DNA of 64,000 nucleotides from Vicinamibacteria bacterium (GCA_964291235.2 OZ219816.1:1152001-1216000), one strand, 5' to 3'; shown: positions 30,001 to 39,714, numbered from the stretch's first letter. Made by a program: numbers and translations. The notes: generated from the sequence alone by a model not told the origin.

Positions 30001-31470
30001 ATGGCCCACCCTGCCGCCCCGAGCACAGCAGGACGAATGTCTTGCCGGAAGCGCCTTCCTCGATCAGCGGTCGCGCAGACCACCTCCGGGGGCCGTCCCC
30101 GGCCCGGGGGCGGCGAGAGCATCTCCGGATTCACGATCACCGAAGTCGTGATCGCCCTCGGTCTCACGCTGATGGTGGCCGGGAGTTTCGGCCTCTTGTT
30201 GCGGCAAGGCCGCCTGTCGCTGGAACTACAGCCGGAACTGGCCGCCATGCGTCAGGACGGCCGGGCGATTCTTGACCGGATTGCCGCGGATCTGGGGCGT
30301 GCCGGCGCCGGGCTGCCGGTGGAAATCCCGGTGTTTGCCGATCTTGATTCCGCCGGCGACCGGAATCCCGACGGACTGGACTTCCTGACGGCCCCGGAAC
30401 GCCTGGCGGAGACGTCGTTCGAGCCGGTGGTTGCGTTCGACGGCGGGGAAGCGACCCTGGGCCATCCCGACTCTCGACTCGATCGTGGGCCTGTCCCCGC
30501 TGACGACGGATTTGTCATGGTCTTCAACGATGACGAGATGACGCCGCGCTGGGCGTTCGGACGAGTGACTTCGATTCGCGGCGGCCGGAGCGGGGGTTCG
30601 GGGCAACTGCTGGGGGCGCTGCGAGCGGCCGGCGCGCGGACTGGGACGGCTCCGCCGGAGGACGCGGCGGCGGCAGGCGCCGTGGTCAGGATCGTCCCGC
30701 TCGACGATGCCTGGCACCGGCATTTCCGCCCGAGCGTGGACGCCGATACGTTCGAGCCGGGGAGCGGGGGCGGGCTGTTGGAGCGCGGGCTGCAGAGCGT
30801 GCTGGGAGGGGCGATCGAAGCCGCGGTACCCGGTATCGGTCGAAGTGCGCTGTCGAGCCTGACCGATCAGGTGGTAAACGCCATGCTGGAGCGTCTGCTC
30901 GAGACGAGGGGCGGCTCGGTGGGGTCCGCCCCGGACGCCGAGGAAAGCGAGGGATATGGACTCTTCGGGCTCGGTCAGCCCGGGGTGGTTCCGATCCGCA
31001 GAATCCGCTATTGGGTGGAGGACGCGGCGCCGAGCGCCTCCGATGGACGGTCGGTGCTGATGCGGCGGGTTGACGAGGATCGGCCACAACCCGTTGGTTT
31101 CGTGGAAGACCTGCAGGTCCGCTACGTGATCGGGCAAAACGGCGACCGGTTCCTGGACGCACCGCCACGCTTTGTCGGAGACATGGCCTCGGCGGCCCGC
31201 CTCCGAGATCACATCGTGCGCGCGGTGGACGTGGCGGTACGCGTCCGTGCGGCCAGAAGTCGCAATGGGGCCGGCTTCTCCGGGGACGGGGCGTCGGCCG
31301 GGGACGGCGCCGGCGGTGTCCTGACCCGGACCTATCGCCGCCGGGTGGCTCTTCGGGTGGGCGCCGCGGGGGTGGAGCGCCGCGCCTGGGAGGAACTCAT
31401 GCAGATGAACTCGTTACCGACCGAGATCCCGCGGATCGGCCCGTTGCGCTATCTCCCTCTGCCGTGGTGA
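30001..31470 (+). CDS. Minor pilin, PilW-like (large, 489 aa)
   Basis: G|FTITEVVIALGL; RIAADLGRAG; IRYWV..LMRR..VEDLQVRY. Confidence 0.75.
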   Translation: MAHPAAPSTAGRMSCRKRLPRSAVAQTTSGGRPRPGGGESISGFTITEVVIALGLTLMVAGSFGLLLRQGRLSLELQPELAAMRQDGRAILDRIAADLGRAGAGLPVEIPVFADLDSAGDRNPDGLDFLTAPERLAETSFEPVVAFDGGEATLGHPDSRLDRGPVPADDGFVMVFNDDEMTPRWAFGRVTSIRGGRSGGSGQLLGALRAAGARTGTAPPEDAAAAGAVVRIVPLDDAWHRHFRPSVDADTFEPGSGGGLLERGLQSVLGGAIEAAVPGIGRSALSSLTDQVVNAMLERLLETRGGSVGSAPDAEESEGYGLFGLGQPGVVPIRRIRYWVEDAAPSASDGRSVLMRRVDEDRPQPVGFVEDLQVRYVIGQNGDRFLDAPPRFVGDMASAARLRDHIVRAVDVAVRVRAARSRNGAGFSGDGASAGDGAGGVLTRTYRRRVALRVGAAGVERRAWEELMQMNSLPTEIPRIGPLRYLPLPW

Positions 31471-32236
31471 GCGATCGGCCCCCAGGCCGCTCTCCCGCCG
31501 GGTACTTTCCGGACGGTTCGCCGCGATGTCCCGAATGGATCGCGACTGTCCCGAGCGCCAGGTGACGGTAGGAGACGCGAGTGAATCCGGCTCCGGCGAG
31601 GGTTCCGGCCAGGGCCCGGGCATCCGGAAAGCTGAGGATCGAGTCCCTCAGGTACCCATAGGGCTCCGTCCCGCACGCCGTCAGTCGCGCTAGCCCGGGC
31701 ACTGCCAGGCGAAGCCAGGCCCCGTGACCGAACCGGACCAGGCGGCCTTCGGGCCGGGAGAATTCCAGGACGATCAGTTTGCCTCCGGGCGCCAGCACGC
31801 GGTGCATCTCTGCAAGTCCCGTCTCCAGGTCCGGCAGGTTCCGAATCCCGAAACCGACGATCGCGGCATCGAACACCCCACCCGGGAAGGGCAGGCGCAG
31901 GGCGTCGCCCGCGACCCCGGGGAAACGCCCGCCGCGACGCGCGGCCTTGGTTTCCGCAATCTCGAGCATGGCGGGCGTGAGGTCACAACCTACCGGGCGT
32001 AGCTCCCGCGGCAAGAGCAGGGCGAGATCGCCGGTCCCGCAACACAGATCGAGGATCCGGGAACCCGTCGGACAGTCCAGTTCCTTGAGAGCGGCGCGTC
32101 GCCAGCCCTGGTCGAGTCCCACGCTGAGGATCCGGTTCATCCGGTCGTAGCGGGGCGCAACGGCTTCGAACATCCGCCGAATGGCCCCCGGCGTCTGGCG
32201 CCGGATCGCGGGATCGTCGCTACCGCTGGTCATCAT
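31397..32236 (-). CDS. ubiE: Ubiquinone/menaquinone C-methyltransferase (UbiE/MenG)
   Basis: MFEAVAPRYDRMNRILSVGLDQGWR, LDLCCGTGD, FGIRN, VLEFS, YLRDSI. Confidence 0.92.
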   Translation of the reverse strand: MMTSGSDDPAIRRQTPGAIRRMFEAVAPRYDRMNRILSVGLDQGWRRAALKELDCPTGSRILDLCCGTGDLALLLPRELRPVGCDLTPAMLEIAETKAARRGGRFPGVAGDALRLPFPGGVFDAAIVGFGIRNLPDLETGLAEMHRVLAPGGKLIVLEFSRPEGRLVRFGHGAWLRLAVPGLARLTACGTEPYGYLRDSILSFPDARALAGTLAGAGFTRVSYRHLALGTVAIHSGHRGEPSGKYPAGERPGGRSLTTAEGDSATGRSAGSRSVTSSSA

Positions 32237-32496
32237 CGGCGCGCGGGGGCAGGGGCGACGAACCTCCGCAAAATCCCGGTGGGCCGGCCCCGGGCTGCAC
32301 AAGCGGATCGGCCCGGACGCATGATTCAGTGTAGCGAGCCCGTCCGGAAGCAAGCCGCCCTCCGAGACCCGGCCATCCGCCGGGCGAGCGGGGACCCGGG
32401 ACGGACCGGATGAGGCGATATCTCCGCTGCCGGAGTGGGGCGGACTCGACAAGGGACCGGCATTTCATCCGCAGGTGACTCGCGGGGAAGACGATA

Positions 32497-33030
32497 ATGT
32501 TCGGGACCTTGTCCCCGCTCTCCTTTCTCCTGCTGATGATCGGGCCGCTCGGCATGCAGGAGATGCTCATCATTCTGGTGGTGGCGTTGATCGTGTTCGG
32601 CCCACGCAAGTTGCCGCAGATCGGGAAGACGCTCGGCAAGAGCATCGCGGAGTTTCGACGGACCAGCACCGAACTGCGGAGCACCCTGGAGCGGGAAGTC
32701 CAGATGGAGGAGTTTCGGGCGGCGCGGACCGAGGTTTCCGACCTGAAGAAAGAGGTGACGAGCCTGGGCGGCGGACTCGATCCGGCGGCGGGCTCCGAGC
32801 CGGAGGTGGCGAAGGCACCCCGGGGGGGAAACGCCGGCCCGGGCGCCTCCACGGAGGGGCCCGCCACGGGCGCTCCGGAATCTGCCGGGGCGAGCGGGAC
32901 CGCGGAGAGTCCGGGGACGCCGGTTCCCGGCGCCGAGACACCCGCCGGGGAGACATCCTCCAGCACCAGCCCGCCGGACGGCGACGCCACTGGTGCGGCG
33001 CCGGAGTCCGCAGAGGACTCCGGGAAGTGA
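32497..33030 (+). CDS. Twin-arginine translocase TatA/TatB subunit
   Basis: LGMQEMLIILVVALIVFGPRKLPQIGKTLGKSIAEFRR plus acidic tail. Confidence 0.9.
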   Translation: MFGTLSPLSFLLLMIGPLGMQEMLIILVVALIVFGPRKLPQIGKTLGKSIAEFRRTSTELRSTLEREVQMEEFRAARTEVSDLKKEVTSLGGGLDPAAGSEPEVAKAPRGGNAGPGASTEGPATGAPESAGASGTAESPGTPVPGAETPAGETSSSTSPPDGDATGAAPESAEDSGK

Positions 33031-33066
33031 CACAACGGGGTCGGTCCCACCGCTCTGCGACAGCCG

Positions 33067-33849
33067 GTGAGTGACGCTGACCGGACGGACGGCGCCGCAG
33101 GGCCGGCCGACCGGATGACCTTTCTCGAACACCTGGACGAACTGCGTCGTCGCCTGATCCGCGCGGCGATCGCGATTCTCGTCGCGTTCGTCGGATGTTT
33201 CTTCTTCTACGAGCAGATCTTCGATTTCCTGATGCAGCCGCTGCGGCAGGTTATCGAGCCGTTCGGGGGCGAGCTGATTGCGACGTCGCCGCCGGAGATC
33301 TTTGTCCTCGGGATCAAGATGAGCTTTCTGGTCGCGATCGTGGTTTCCACGCCCGCGTGGCTTGGCCAGGCCTGGGGCTTTATCGCTCCGGGTCTTTACC
33401 GCCACGAGCGCCACCTGGCGGTTCCGTTCATCCTGATCGGTTCCGTCTTCTTCGTGTCCGGGGCAGTTTTTTGCCACTACGTCCTCTTCCCGGTCGGCGT
33501 TGAGTTCCTTGGCACCTTCGGGGGCGGTGGAGAAGACATCGAGATCCGCTACCGGGTCTCCGAAGTGTTCAGCTTTTATGCCCGCCTGGTGCTGGTGACC
33601 GCGGTGATGTTCCAGATCCCGACGCTGGCGCTGCTGCTCTCCCGCATGGGGCTCATCACCCCGAGCTTCCTGGTGCGGTACTTCAAGTACTCCATTCTGC
33701 TGAGTTTCGTCTTCGCCGCACTCCTGACGCCGCCGGACCCTGCCACCCAGATCATTCTGGCGGGACCCATGATCGTCCTCTACACCCTGTCCATCGGAAT
33801 TGCGTGGATCGGGAACCGCATGCGCGGCCGCCAACGAGAGGAGGAGTGA
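33067..33849 (+). CDS. tatC: Twin-arginine translocase TatC
   Basis: MTFLEHLDELRRRL, FIAPGLYRHE, FQIP, LTPPDP. Confidence 0.96.
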   Translation: MSDADRTDGAAGPADRMTFLEHLDELRRRLIRAAIAILVAFVGCFFFYEQIFDFLMQPLRQVIEPFGGELIATSPPEIFVLGIKMSFLVAIVVSTPAWLGQAWGFIAPGLYRHERHLAVPFILIGSVFFVSGAVFCHYVLFPVGVEFLGTFGGGGEDIEIRYRVSEVFSFYARLVLVTAVMFQIPTLALLLSRMGLITPSFLVRYFKYSILLSFVFAALLTPPDPATQIILAGPMIVLYTLSIGIAWIGNRMRGRQREEE

Positions 33850-33883
33850 CGCGGGTCTCGGGGTAGCTCAGGCTGGCGGCCAG

Positions 33884-34078
33884 CAGCCGTGGACGAAGTC
33901 ACGCGGCATTGGAACGGCGATGCATCCCGGCCGAACCGGGGCGCTCCGCGCCCCTCATCGTTGCGTTTCGGTCGACATACACTCGGTATTCCTCCCTCAC
34001 GCGCCGCCCCCACCGGGAGACCGGGTCGGCCGGGCGCCTCGCCACTCTCGGCGCTCACGGGGGTTTCACCACAGACTG
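33884..34078. mobile_element. MITE-like element, copy B (mosaic ends)
   Basis: Left CAGCCGTGGACGAAGTC, right GGGGGTTTCACCACAGACTG+CTAG; 52-bp core at 33954-34005. Confidence 0.8.
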
Positions 34079-34091
34079 CTAGGATCACGCC

Positions 34092-35768
34092 ATGAGGCTC
34101 CGGGCGCGGGTCATCCCCCTGTTGATGCCGCTCCTGGTGGGAGCGGCCATCTCGGCCACCATCCTGGGTGTTCAGCCGGCCCGCGGGGTTCCGCCCGCGG
34201 ACGGGCTGAAGACGCTGCTCCAGCGGCACTCGAATGTCATCCGGGAGATCGAGACGCGATACGTTCGGGAACTGGAGCCGGAAGCGCTCACCCGGGCGAC
34301 CGTGTCGGGAATGCTCGCTCGGCTCGATCCCCATTCGAACCTCTTCGTCCCGCGCAACTACCGCCAGATGCGCGAGCGCCAGCAGGGCGGGTACGTTGGC
34401 CTCGGGATTCGGGTGCAGCATCGGGGCGGCCTCTTGACGGTCGTTTCGCCCTTTGAAGGGACACCCGCCTACCGATTGGGAATTCGCGCCGGCGACGTGA
34501 TCTCCCGAATCGAGGGCGAGGATGCAACGCAGTATTCGATGGATGATGCGGTGAGCCTGCTCCGGGGTCCCCGGGGCACGCCGGTCAGCATCACCGTCAC
34601 GAGGCCCGGGTACGACGCGCCACTCGACTTCACCGTGATCCGGGACCGCATTCCGCTGAAGAGCGTGCCCTACTACTTCGTGCTCGACGAGCCCACCGGC
34701 TCCGAAAAAACCGGGTACGTCCGGGTGTCGGACTTCAACGAGAACACGGAAAGCGAATTGCGGGACGCCATCGTGGAACTGCGCCTCGGAGGGGCGACCC
34801 GGCTCCTCGTGGACCTTCGCCACAACCCCGGCGGGCTTCTCAACCAGGCGGTGGCCGTCTCCAACGTCTTCTTGAAGCAGCACCAGGAAGTCGTTTCCAT
34901 CCGCGGCCGGCATTCCGAGAACGACCAGGTCTTCTACGCCGAGAATCCCAGCCCCTACACCGACCTGCCGGTGATCGTTCTCGTGTCTCCCGAGAGCGCA
35001 TCCGCATCGGAGATCGTGGCGGGCGCCATTCAGGACCACGATCGCGGGCTCATCCTTGGCGAGAACACCTACGGCAAGGGGCTCGTCCAATCGGTCTTCC
35101 AACTGAAGTACGGCTACGCGCTCGGGCTTACCTCCGCGGAGTACTTCACCCCTAGTGGCCGCCGTCTCCAGCGGGACTACGACTCGGGAGACTTCCTTGA
35201 GTACTTCCAGGGCCGCGGGGAGCGCGACTCGAATGACGAGGCCGGGACGATCGTGCTGACGGGCCTGGGCAGGGAGATCCAGGGTGGCGGGGGGGTTGCG
35301 CCGGACATCGCGGTGCCGACCCCGGAACTCCCCGACGTCCTGGTGGATATCGCGCAGCACGGCGCCTTCTTCCGGTTCGCGACCCGTTTCGTTCCGGCTG
35401 GCGGTCGGGGCGCGGTGGACGGTGCGGGGACGAGGCCGGATGAGCTGGAGGCGCGAGGCGACCTGATCCGCGCCGTCGATCAGGATTTCCGCGTCGACGA
35501 GACGACGATCGGTGAGTTCTTCGAGTTCCTGGTCGAGGAGCGGATTCCGCATGATCGCGAGGGCCTCACAGAACACCGCGGCGCGCTGGCTCTTCGGATC
35601 GAAGGCGAGGTGTTCAGTCTTCTGTGGGGGCCGGCCGCCTCACGACAGGCGACCATGGATCGCGATCCGCAGATCGTGGCGGCTCTCGAGGCCATGCCGC
35701 GGGCAGCCCTGCTGCTGAACGATCCCGAGGCGTACCTCGCCGGCGCCACCGGCGGGGAGGGTCGCTGA
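34092..35768 (+). CDS. Carboxyl-terminal processing protease (S41 family, PDZ domain)
   Basis: LDPHS, GLGI, DLRHNPGGLL, SASASEIVAGAIQDHDR, GKGLVQ, TPSGR. Confidence 0.95.
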   Translation: MRLRARVIPLLMPLLVGAAISATILGVQPARGVPPADGLKTLLQRHSNVIREIETRYVRELEPEALTRATVSGMLARLDPHSNLFVPRNYRQMRERQQGGYVGLGIRVQHRGGLLTVVSPFEGTPAYRLGIRAGDVISRIEGEDATQYSMDDAVSLLRGPRGTPVSITVTRPGYDAPLDFTVIRDRIPLKSVPYYFVLDEPTGSEKTGYVRVSDFNENTESELRDAIVELRLGGATRLLVDLRHNPGGLLNQAVAVSNVFLKQHQEVVSIRGRHSENDQVFYAENPSPYTDLPVIVLVSPESASASEIVAGAIQDHDRGLILGENTYGKGLVQSVFQLKYGYALGLTSAEYFTPSGRRLQRDYDSGDFLEYFQGRGERDSNDEAGTIVLTGLGREIQGGGGVAPDIAVPTPELPDVLVDIAQHGAFFRFATRFVPAGGRGAVDGAGTRPDELEARGDLIRAVDQDFRVDETTIGEFFEFLVEERIPHDREGLTEHRGALALRIEGEVFSLLWGPAASRQATMDRDPQIVAALEAMPRAALLLNDPEAYLAGATGGEGR

Positions 35769-37064
35769 GTGAGCTGGCGCCGCCCGCTTTGCGCGGCGAT
35801 TGTTGTTTCCCTTCTCGTCGGCTCGGCGACCCTGGGGTTCGCACAGTCGAGCGTTGAGGAGTTGGCGGCTCTCCTCGACAGCGCCGACGCGAGAACCCGC
35901 CGGGACGCGGCGCGAGATCTCGGCGAAGACGGGTCGGCCGAAGCGGTTGTTGCTCTGACGGAGGCGGTCGGCGACATCGATCGCAACGTTCGCCGCGTCG
36001 TGTTGGAAGGCTTGCTGTCGGTCCGGCGTCCCGACGCGGTTTCGGGACTGATCGGGTTCTTGTCGGATGAGGGTTCGGAAAACCGCCGGGACGCGATCGG
36101 TGGCCTGGTGGATATCCACGACCGGGAGGCGCCCCCGGGGCGCAGGGAACGGGCGATGGACTGGCTGCTCCGCCGAGAGCAGGACTTCGTACTGGATCCC
36201 CTCCGTCCGGTGGAACCTCGGGTCGTCCAGGCGCTCGCCCGGTCGCTCGAGGACGAAGACGATGACGTTCGGGAGCTTGCCGCGGAAGCGCTGGGCGCAC
36301 TCCGCGCGTCTTCGGAGGTGGGACCGCTGGCGACCGCCGCAACGGAGGATCCCGACGGCGACGTCCGGCGGGAAGCGGTGCGGGCCCTCGGAACGATCGG
36401 AACCGACGATGCGGGAGCGAGGCTGCTCCCGATGCTCGAGGTTCGCGAACTTCGCGAGGCGGCGATCCGCGCCCTCGGGCGTTTCGCCTACAGCCCGGCG
36501 ACGACCGCGTTGATCGGGATTTACGACGCCGATCCCGAGAGCGACGAGGCGCTCGCCGCGCTGGAGGCATTGGCCCGGATCGGCGCCGTCGAGGCGCGCG
36601 GCACCTTCTACCACGAGCTCAACAGCGACGATGCCCGAAGGCGTGAGTTCGCCGCGGAAGGCATTGGGAGGATCGGCGATCCAACGCTCCGTGACGGGAT
36701 GATCAAGGACTTCCTGCGCGAGGAGAATCGGCGCGTTCAGCTCGCGTTCTGCTTCGCGCTGGTCCGGATGGGCTTGCCCCCATTCGTGGACCGGGTCATC
36801 CTTTCGCTCCCGGATTCGCGAGTCGGGGAGGTGGCGCGGCAGTACGCTCTGGAACTTGGCCGCGATCACCTTCAGGAAATGCTCCCTTATCTCGAAGATC
36901 CCGACCGACGAGTTCGTCTCGAACTCATTTCTCTCCTGGAGCAACTGGGGGACGACGGCGCCATCCCCTCGCTTCAGGCGATCACCCAGAATTCGGATTC
37001 GGAAGTGGCGGATCGCGCGCGGCTCGCCGTGAGACGCTTGTCTCCATCCGGAGAGGGACGCTAG
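35769..37064 (+). CDS. Secreted HEAT-repeat protein
   Basis: Signal peptide; repeated D..VR..AAEALG units. Confidence 0.85.
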   Translation: MSWRRPLCAAIVVSLLVGSATLGFAQSSVEELAALLDSADARTRRDAARDLGEDGSAEAVVALTEAVGDIDRNVRRVVLEGLLSVRRPDAVSGLIGFLSDEGSENRRDAIGGLVDIHDREAPPGRRERAMDWLLRREQDFVLDPLRPVEPRVVQALARSLEDEDDDVRELAAEALGALRASSEVGPLATAATEDPDGDVRREAVRALGTIGTDDAGARLLPMLEVRELREAAIRALGRFAYSPATTALIGIYDADPESDEALAALEALARIGAVEARGTFYHELNSDDARRREFAAEGIGRIGDPTLRDGMIKDFLREENRRVQLAFCFALVRMGLPPFVDRVILSLPDSRVGEVARQYALELGRDHLQEMLPYLEDPDRRVRLELISLLEQLGDDGAIPSLQAITQNSDSEVADRARLAVRRLSPSGEGR

Positions 37065-37068
37065 ACCG

Positions 37069-38601
37069 GTGGCGGTTCCAGCCTCTTCCCGGCGGGAGAA
37101 ATCCCAAGCCGGCCCGGGATCGCGTCGAGCCCGGTTGAAGAACGGGCGGAAGGGTGAGACGATCCGAGCCGTGCGTAGCGGCTTTTTCCCCACCTTTGCG
37201 CCCGACCGCCGGGTCCGGCGTCCGTTCCTGATCGGACTCTTCGTGCTCACCGTAGGCGGTAGCGGGGCCCTGGCGCCCACCGCCGCAGCCGAGCGGCCTT
37301 CCCGGAAGTCCGTCTGGCCCGAGGTTCAACGCGACGGCAAGTCACTTGTCATTGGCCGCTTCGTGGGCAAATTCGAGAGCCCCGATTTCCGTTCGCGCCG
37401 AATCGTGCTGCGCCATCGGGATACCGGCCGTAACGAAACCCTTTCGGTGGACGACGGGCTTGGCCTGATCAACGAATTGGTTCCGCCGGGCGTCTATGAC
37501 GTGGAGGCCATCGAGGCCGTCTATTTCCCGGACATCCGTCCCATGAATACCCGGCGCTTCCGCCCGATCCGCCAGCGCTTCACGGTCGCGCCCCGGGAAC
37601 ACGAGCGGGGGGAGACGCTGATTTCCGTCCCTGCCGACCGCCCGGTCTATATCGGCACGATACGCGCCGCCGCCGAGCGGCAGGGAATGGTGTACGAGGG
37701 GCAGAAACTCCGCGTTCTGGATGACTTCGACGTCGCGATGGAGCGCCTGGCGGTGGCCTATCCGGTGCTCGCCGCAAGTCTGAGCGAGCGAGCGGTCGTC
37801 CCGCAGCGACACTTCATGCTCCGTCCTACGGTTCCGGAACCGCCGCTGGAGATGATTGTCGGGATGGAGGATCCGATCCGGCAGGCGCGTCGCTACATCG
37901 AGGACGGGAAGTTCGAACAGGCGATCAACTGGCTCTCGACGTTCATGCCCGTGTCGGACGCGCAAAGGAACGATGTCCGACTGCTGATCGGCGAGTCGCA
38001 CCTCGGGTCACGGAACCTGGACCTCGCCATCGAAGAACTCGGTGAGGTGTTGCTTCAGAATCCGACGAACCTGCGGGCCCTGCGACTTCTTGCCCGCTCC
38101 CACTCTCTGAATGGAGACCTTGAGGACACCGAGAGCCTCTATCAGGCCTTGCTCGACCTCCGTCCGCGCGACGCGGAAGCCCATCTGCAACTCGGCTATC
38201 TCTACGCCCTCCGGTCGGACGGCGCGGGTGCGGAAGCAGCGTTCGAGGTGGCTTTCGAGACGGATTTCGACTACCTCATGCACGACCTGGCGCCGTTCCT
38301 GATGGCGGTTCGCGAACGTTCCAACAATCCGGGCATCCTCTACGAGCCGCCGATCCTCCGCAGCACGCCGGTGCCGATGGGAGGCAGCGGTGGATCGCGT
38401 CGCTCCTCGGAGCGAGATGGAATCATGGTGCTCATCGATCACCGCGGCCGGGTCAAATCAGCGCACTTCGCACCCGAGAGTTCGAACCGGGTCCACCAGA
38501 CCATGATGTCGCTGGTTCGTGGCCGTTACACGCCCGCCACGCTCAACGGAGTGGCCGTGCCCTCCATCATGGCTTTGGGCAACTTCGGGGCGGAGCGCTA
38601 A
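37069..38601 (+). CDS. Secreted TPR protein with TonB C-terminal-like domain (start uncertain)
   Basis: TPR-like repeats (NPTNLRALRLLARSH, RPRDAEAHLQLGYLY); C-terminal VLIDHRGRV..YTPATLNGVAV. Confidence 0.65.
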   Translation: MAVPASSRREKSQAGPGSRRARLKNGRKGETIRAVRSGFFPTFAPDRRVRRPFLIGLFVLTVGGSGALAPTAAAERPSRKSVWPEVQRDGKSLVIGRFVGKFESPDFRSRRIVLRHRDTGRNETLSVDDGLGLINELVPPGVYDVEAIEAVYFPDIRPMNTRRFRPIRQRFTVAPREHERGETLISVPADRPVYIGTIRAAAERQGMVYEGQKLRVLDDFDVAMERLAVAYPVLAASLSERAVVPQRHFMLRPTVPEPPLEMIVGMEDPIRQARRYIEDGKFEQAINWLSTFMPVSDAQRNDVRLLIGESHLGSRNLDLAIEELGEVLLQNPTNLRALRLLARSHSLNGDLEDTESLYQALLDLRPRDAEAHLQLGYLYALRSDGAGAEAAFEVAFETDFDYLMHDLAPFLMAVRERSNNPGILYEPPILRSTPVPMGGSGGSRRSSERDGIMVLIDHRGRVKSAHFAPESSNRVHQTMMSLVRGRYTPATLNGVAVPSIMALGNFGAER

Positions 38602-38714
38602 ACCCGGACCGCTCTCCCGGGCCGCCGCGCCCGTTTGTTGCTCCAGCGGTTACCGCGGGCGGTCGAATTCGCCCAGGCGCGAAAGGCTGTTCCGCCGAAC
38701 GGCGATTCGGGGAT

Positions 38715-39485
38715 TCAGGGTGAGTCGGCCGGCAGCGCCAGGACCCGGTCCACTTCGGCCTCGAGGACTGCGAAGGGTTGGTCGGTGCTCGGCGCCGGAT
38801 GAAGGAGACCGTTCCGGTCGATCAGGAAATTGGCCGGATAGCGCGCCGTCTCGGTGAAGATGCCGGGCATCACGCCGTTCTCGAGAGCACCGGGGAGCAA
38901 CAACGGATAGTCCACCGACAGGACATCGTTGCGAAAGCCCTGCTGGATGGACTCCTCCTCCGTGGAAACACCGTAAACCACCAGCCCCTCAGCCGCCCGT
39001 TCATTGGCCAGGCGGTCCAGTTCCGGCATTTCGGCACGGCACGGGGGACACCAGGTGGCCCAGATGTTCACGAGCACGACCGATCCACGGTGATCCGACA
39101 GGCGGTGGACTCTGCCGTCGAGGTCCTCGGCCACAAACTCGGGCGCGGCCACTCCAGAAAGGGCCAAATTGGCAGCCTGCCGGGCGCGGCGAACGGCGCC
39201 GCCGACGGGAGCAATGACCAGTCCGAGCGAAAGGAAGGCCACGGACGCCCCCAGCCAGCCGGTCCAGCGAAGTCCTCCGCCCCGATAGCCGAGCCAAGCG
39301 CGGCGGAGCGCGAAAGCGGGAGGCGCCAGCATGGCGAGCGCCACCGCACCCAGACGGAACAGGTAGTCCTCGTCCGGGTTCGAACTCAATCGGGTGAGCC
39401 CCAGATACACGCCGGCGCCAAGAACCGCGGAGAGGAAAGGCGCGAGAATCCCGGACCACAGAGGGGAACGCAGCGGGCTGGTCAT
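38715..39485 (-). CDS. Membrane-anchored TlpA/ResA-family thiol-disulfide oxidoreductase
   Basis: LVNIWATWCPPCRAEMP, YPANFLIDRNG; three N-terminal TM helices. Confidence 0.9.
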   Translation of the reverse strand: MTSPLRSPLWSGILAPFLSAVLGAGVYLGLTRLSSNPDEDYLFRLGAVALAMLAPPAFALRRAWLGYRGGGLRWTGWLGASVAFLSLGLVIAPVGGAVRRARQAANLALSGVAAPEFVAEDLDGRVHRLSDHRGSVVLVNIWATWCPPCRAEMPELDRLANERAAEGLVVYGVSTEEESIQQGFRNDVLSVDYPLLLPGALENGVMPGIFTETARYPANFLIDRNGLLHPAPSTDQPFAVLEAEVDRVLALPADSP

Positions 39486-39498
39486 CGAGGCAGCCTAG

Positions 39499-39714
39499 CA
39501 GCCTGTGGACAAAGTCACGCGGCATCCGAACAGCGATGCATCCCGGCTGAACCGGGCCGCTGCGCGGACCCTCATCGTTGCGTTTCGATCGAAATACACT
39601 CGGTATTCCTCCCTCACGCGCCGCCCCCACCGGGAGAACTGGGTCAGCCGGACCCCCACCGGGAGAACTGGGCCTCACTGTTCTCGGTGCTCACGTCACT
39701 TTGTCCACAGGCTG
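39499..39714. mobile_element. MITE-like element, copy C
   Basis: Perfect 17-bp TIR CAGCCTGTGGACAAAGT / ACTTTGTCCACAGGCTG, flanked by CTAG and CTAC; core at 39571-39622. Confidence 0.85.

Noticed and set aside
26716-30009. 1097-aa minus-strand ORF
   Set aside because: Antisense shadow of the PilY1 gene in high-GC DNA; no motifs
39621-39675. Tandem CCCCCACCGGGAGAACTGGG repeats as a mini-CRISPR
   Set aside because: Only two units, about 10 nt apart, inside the MITE; no cas genes
39504-39709. TTGTCCACA DnaA-box-like sites as an oriC
   Set aside because: They are the two TIRs of element copy C; no box cluster, AT-rich unwinding region or dnaA nearby
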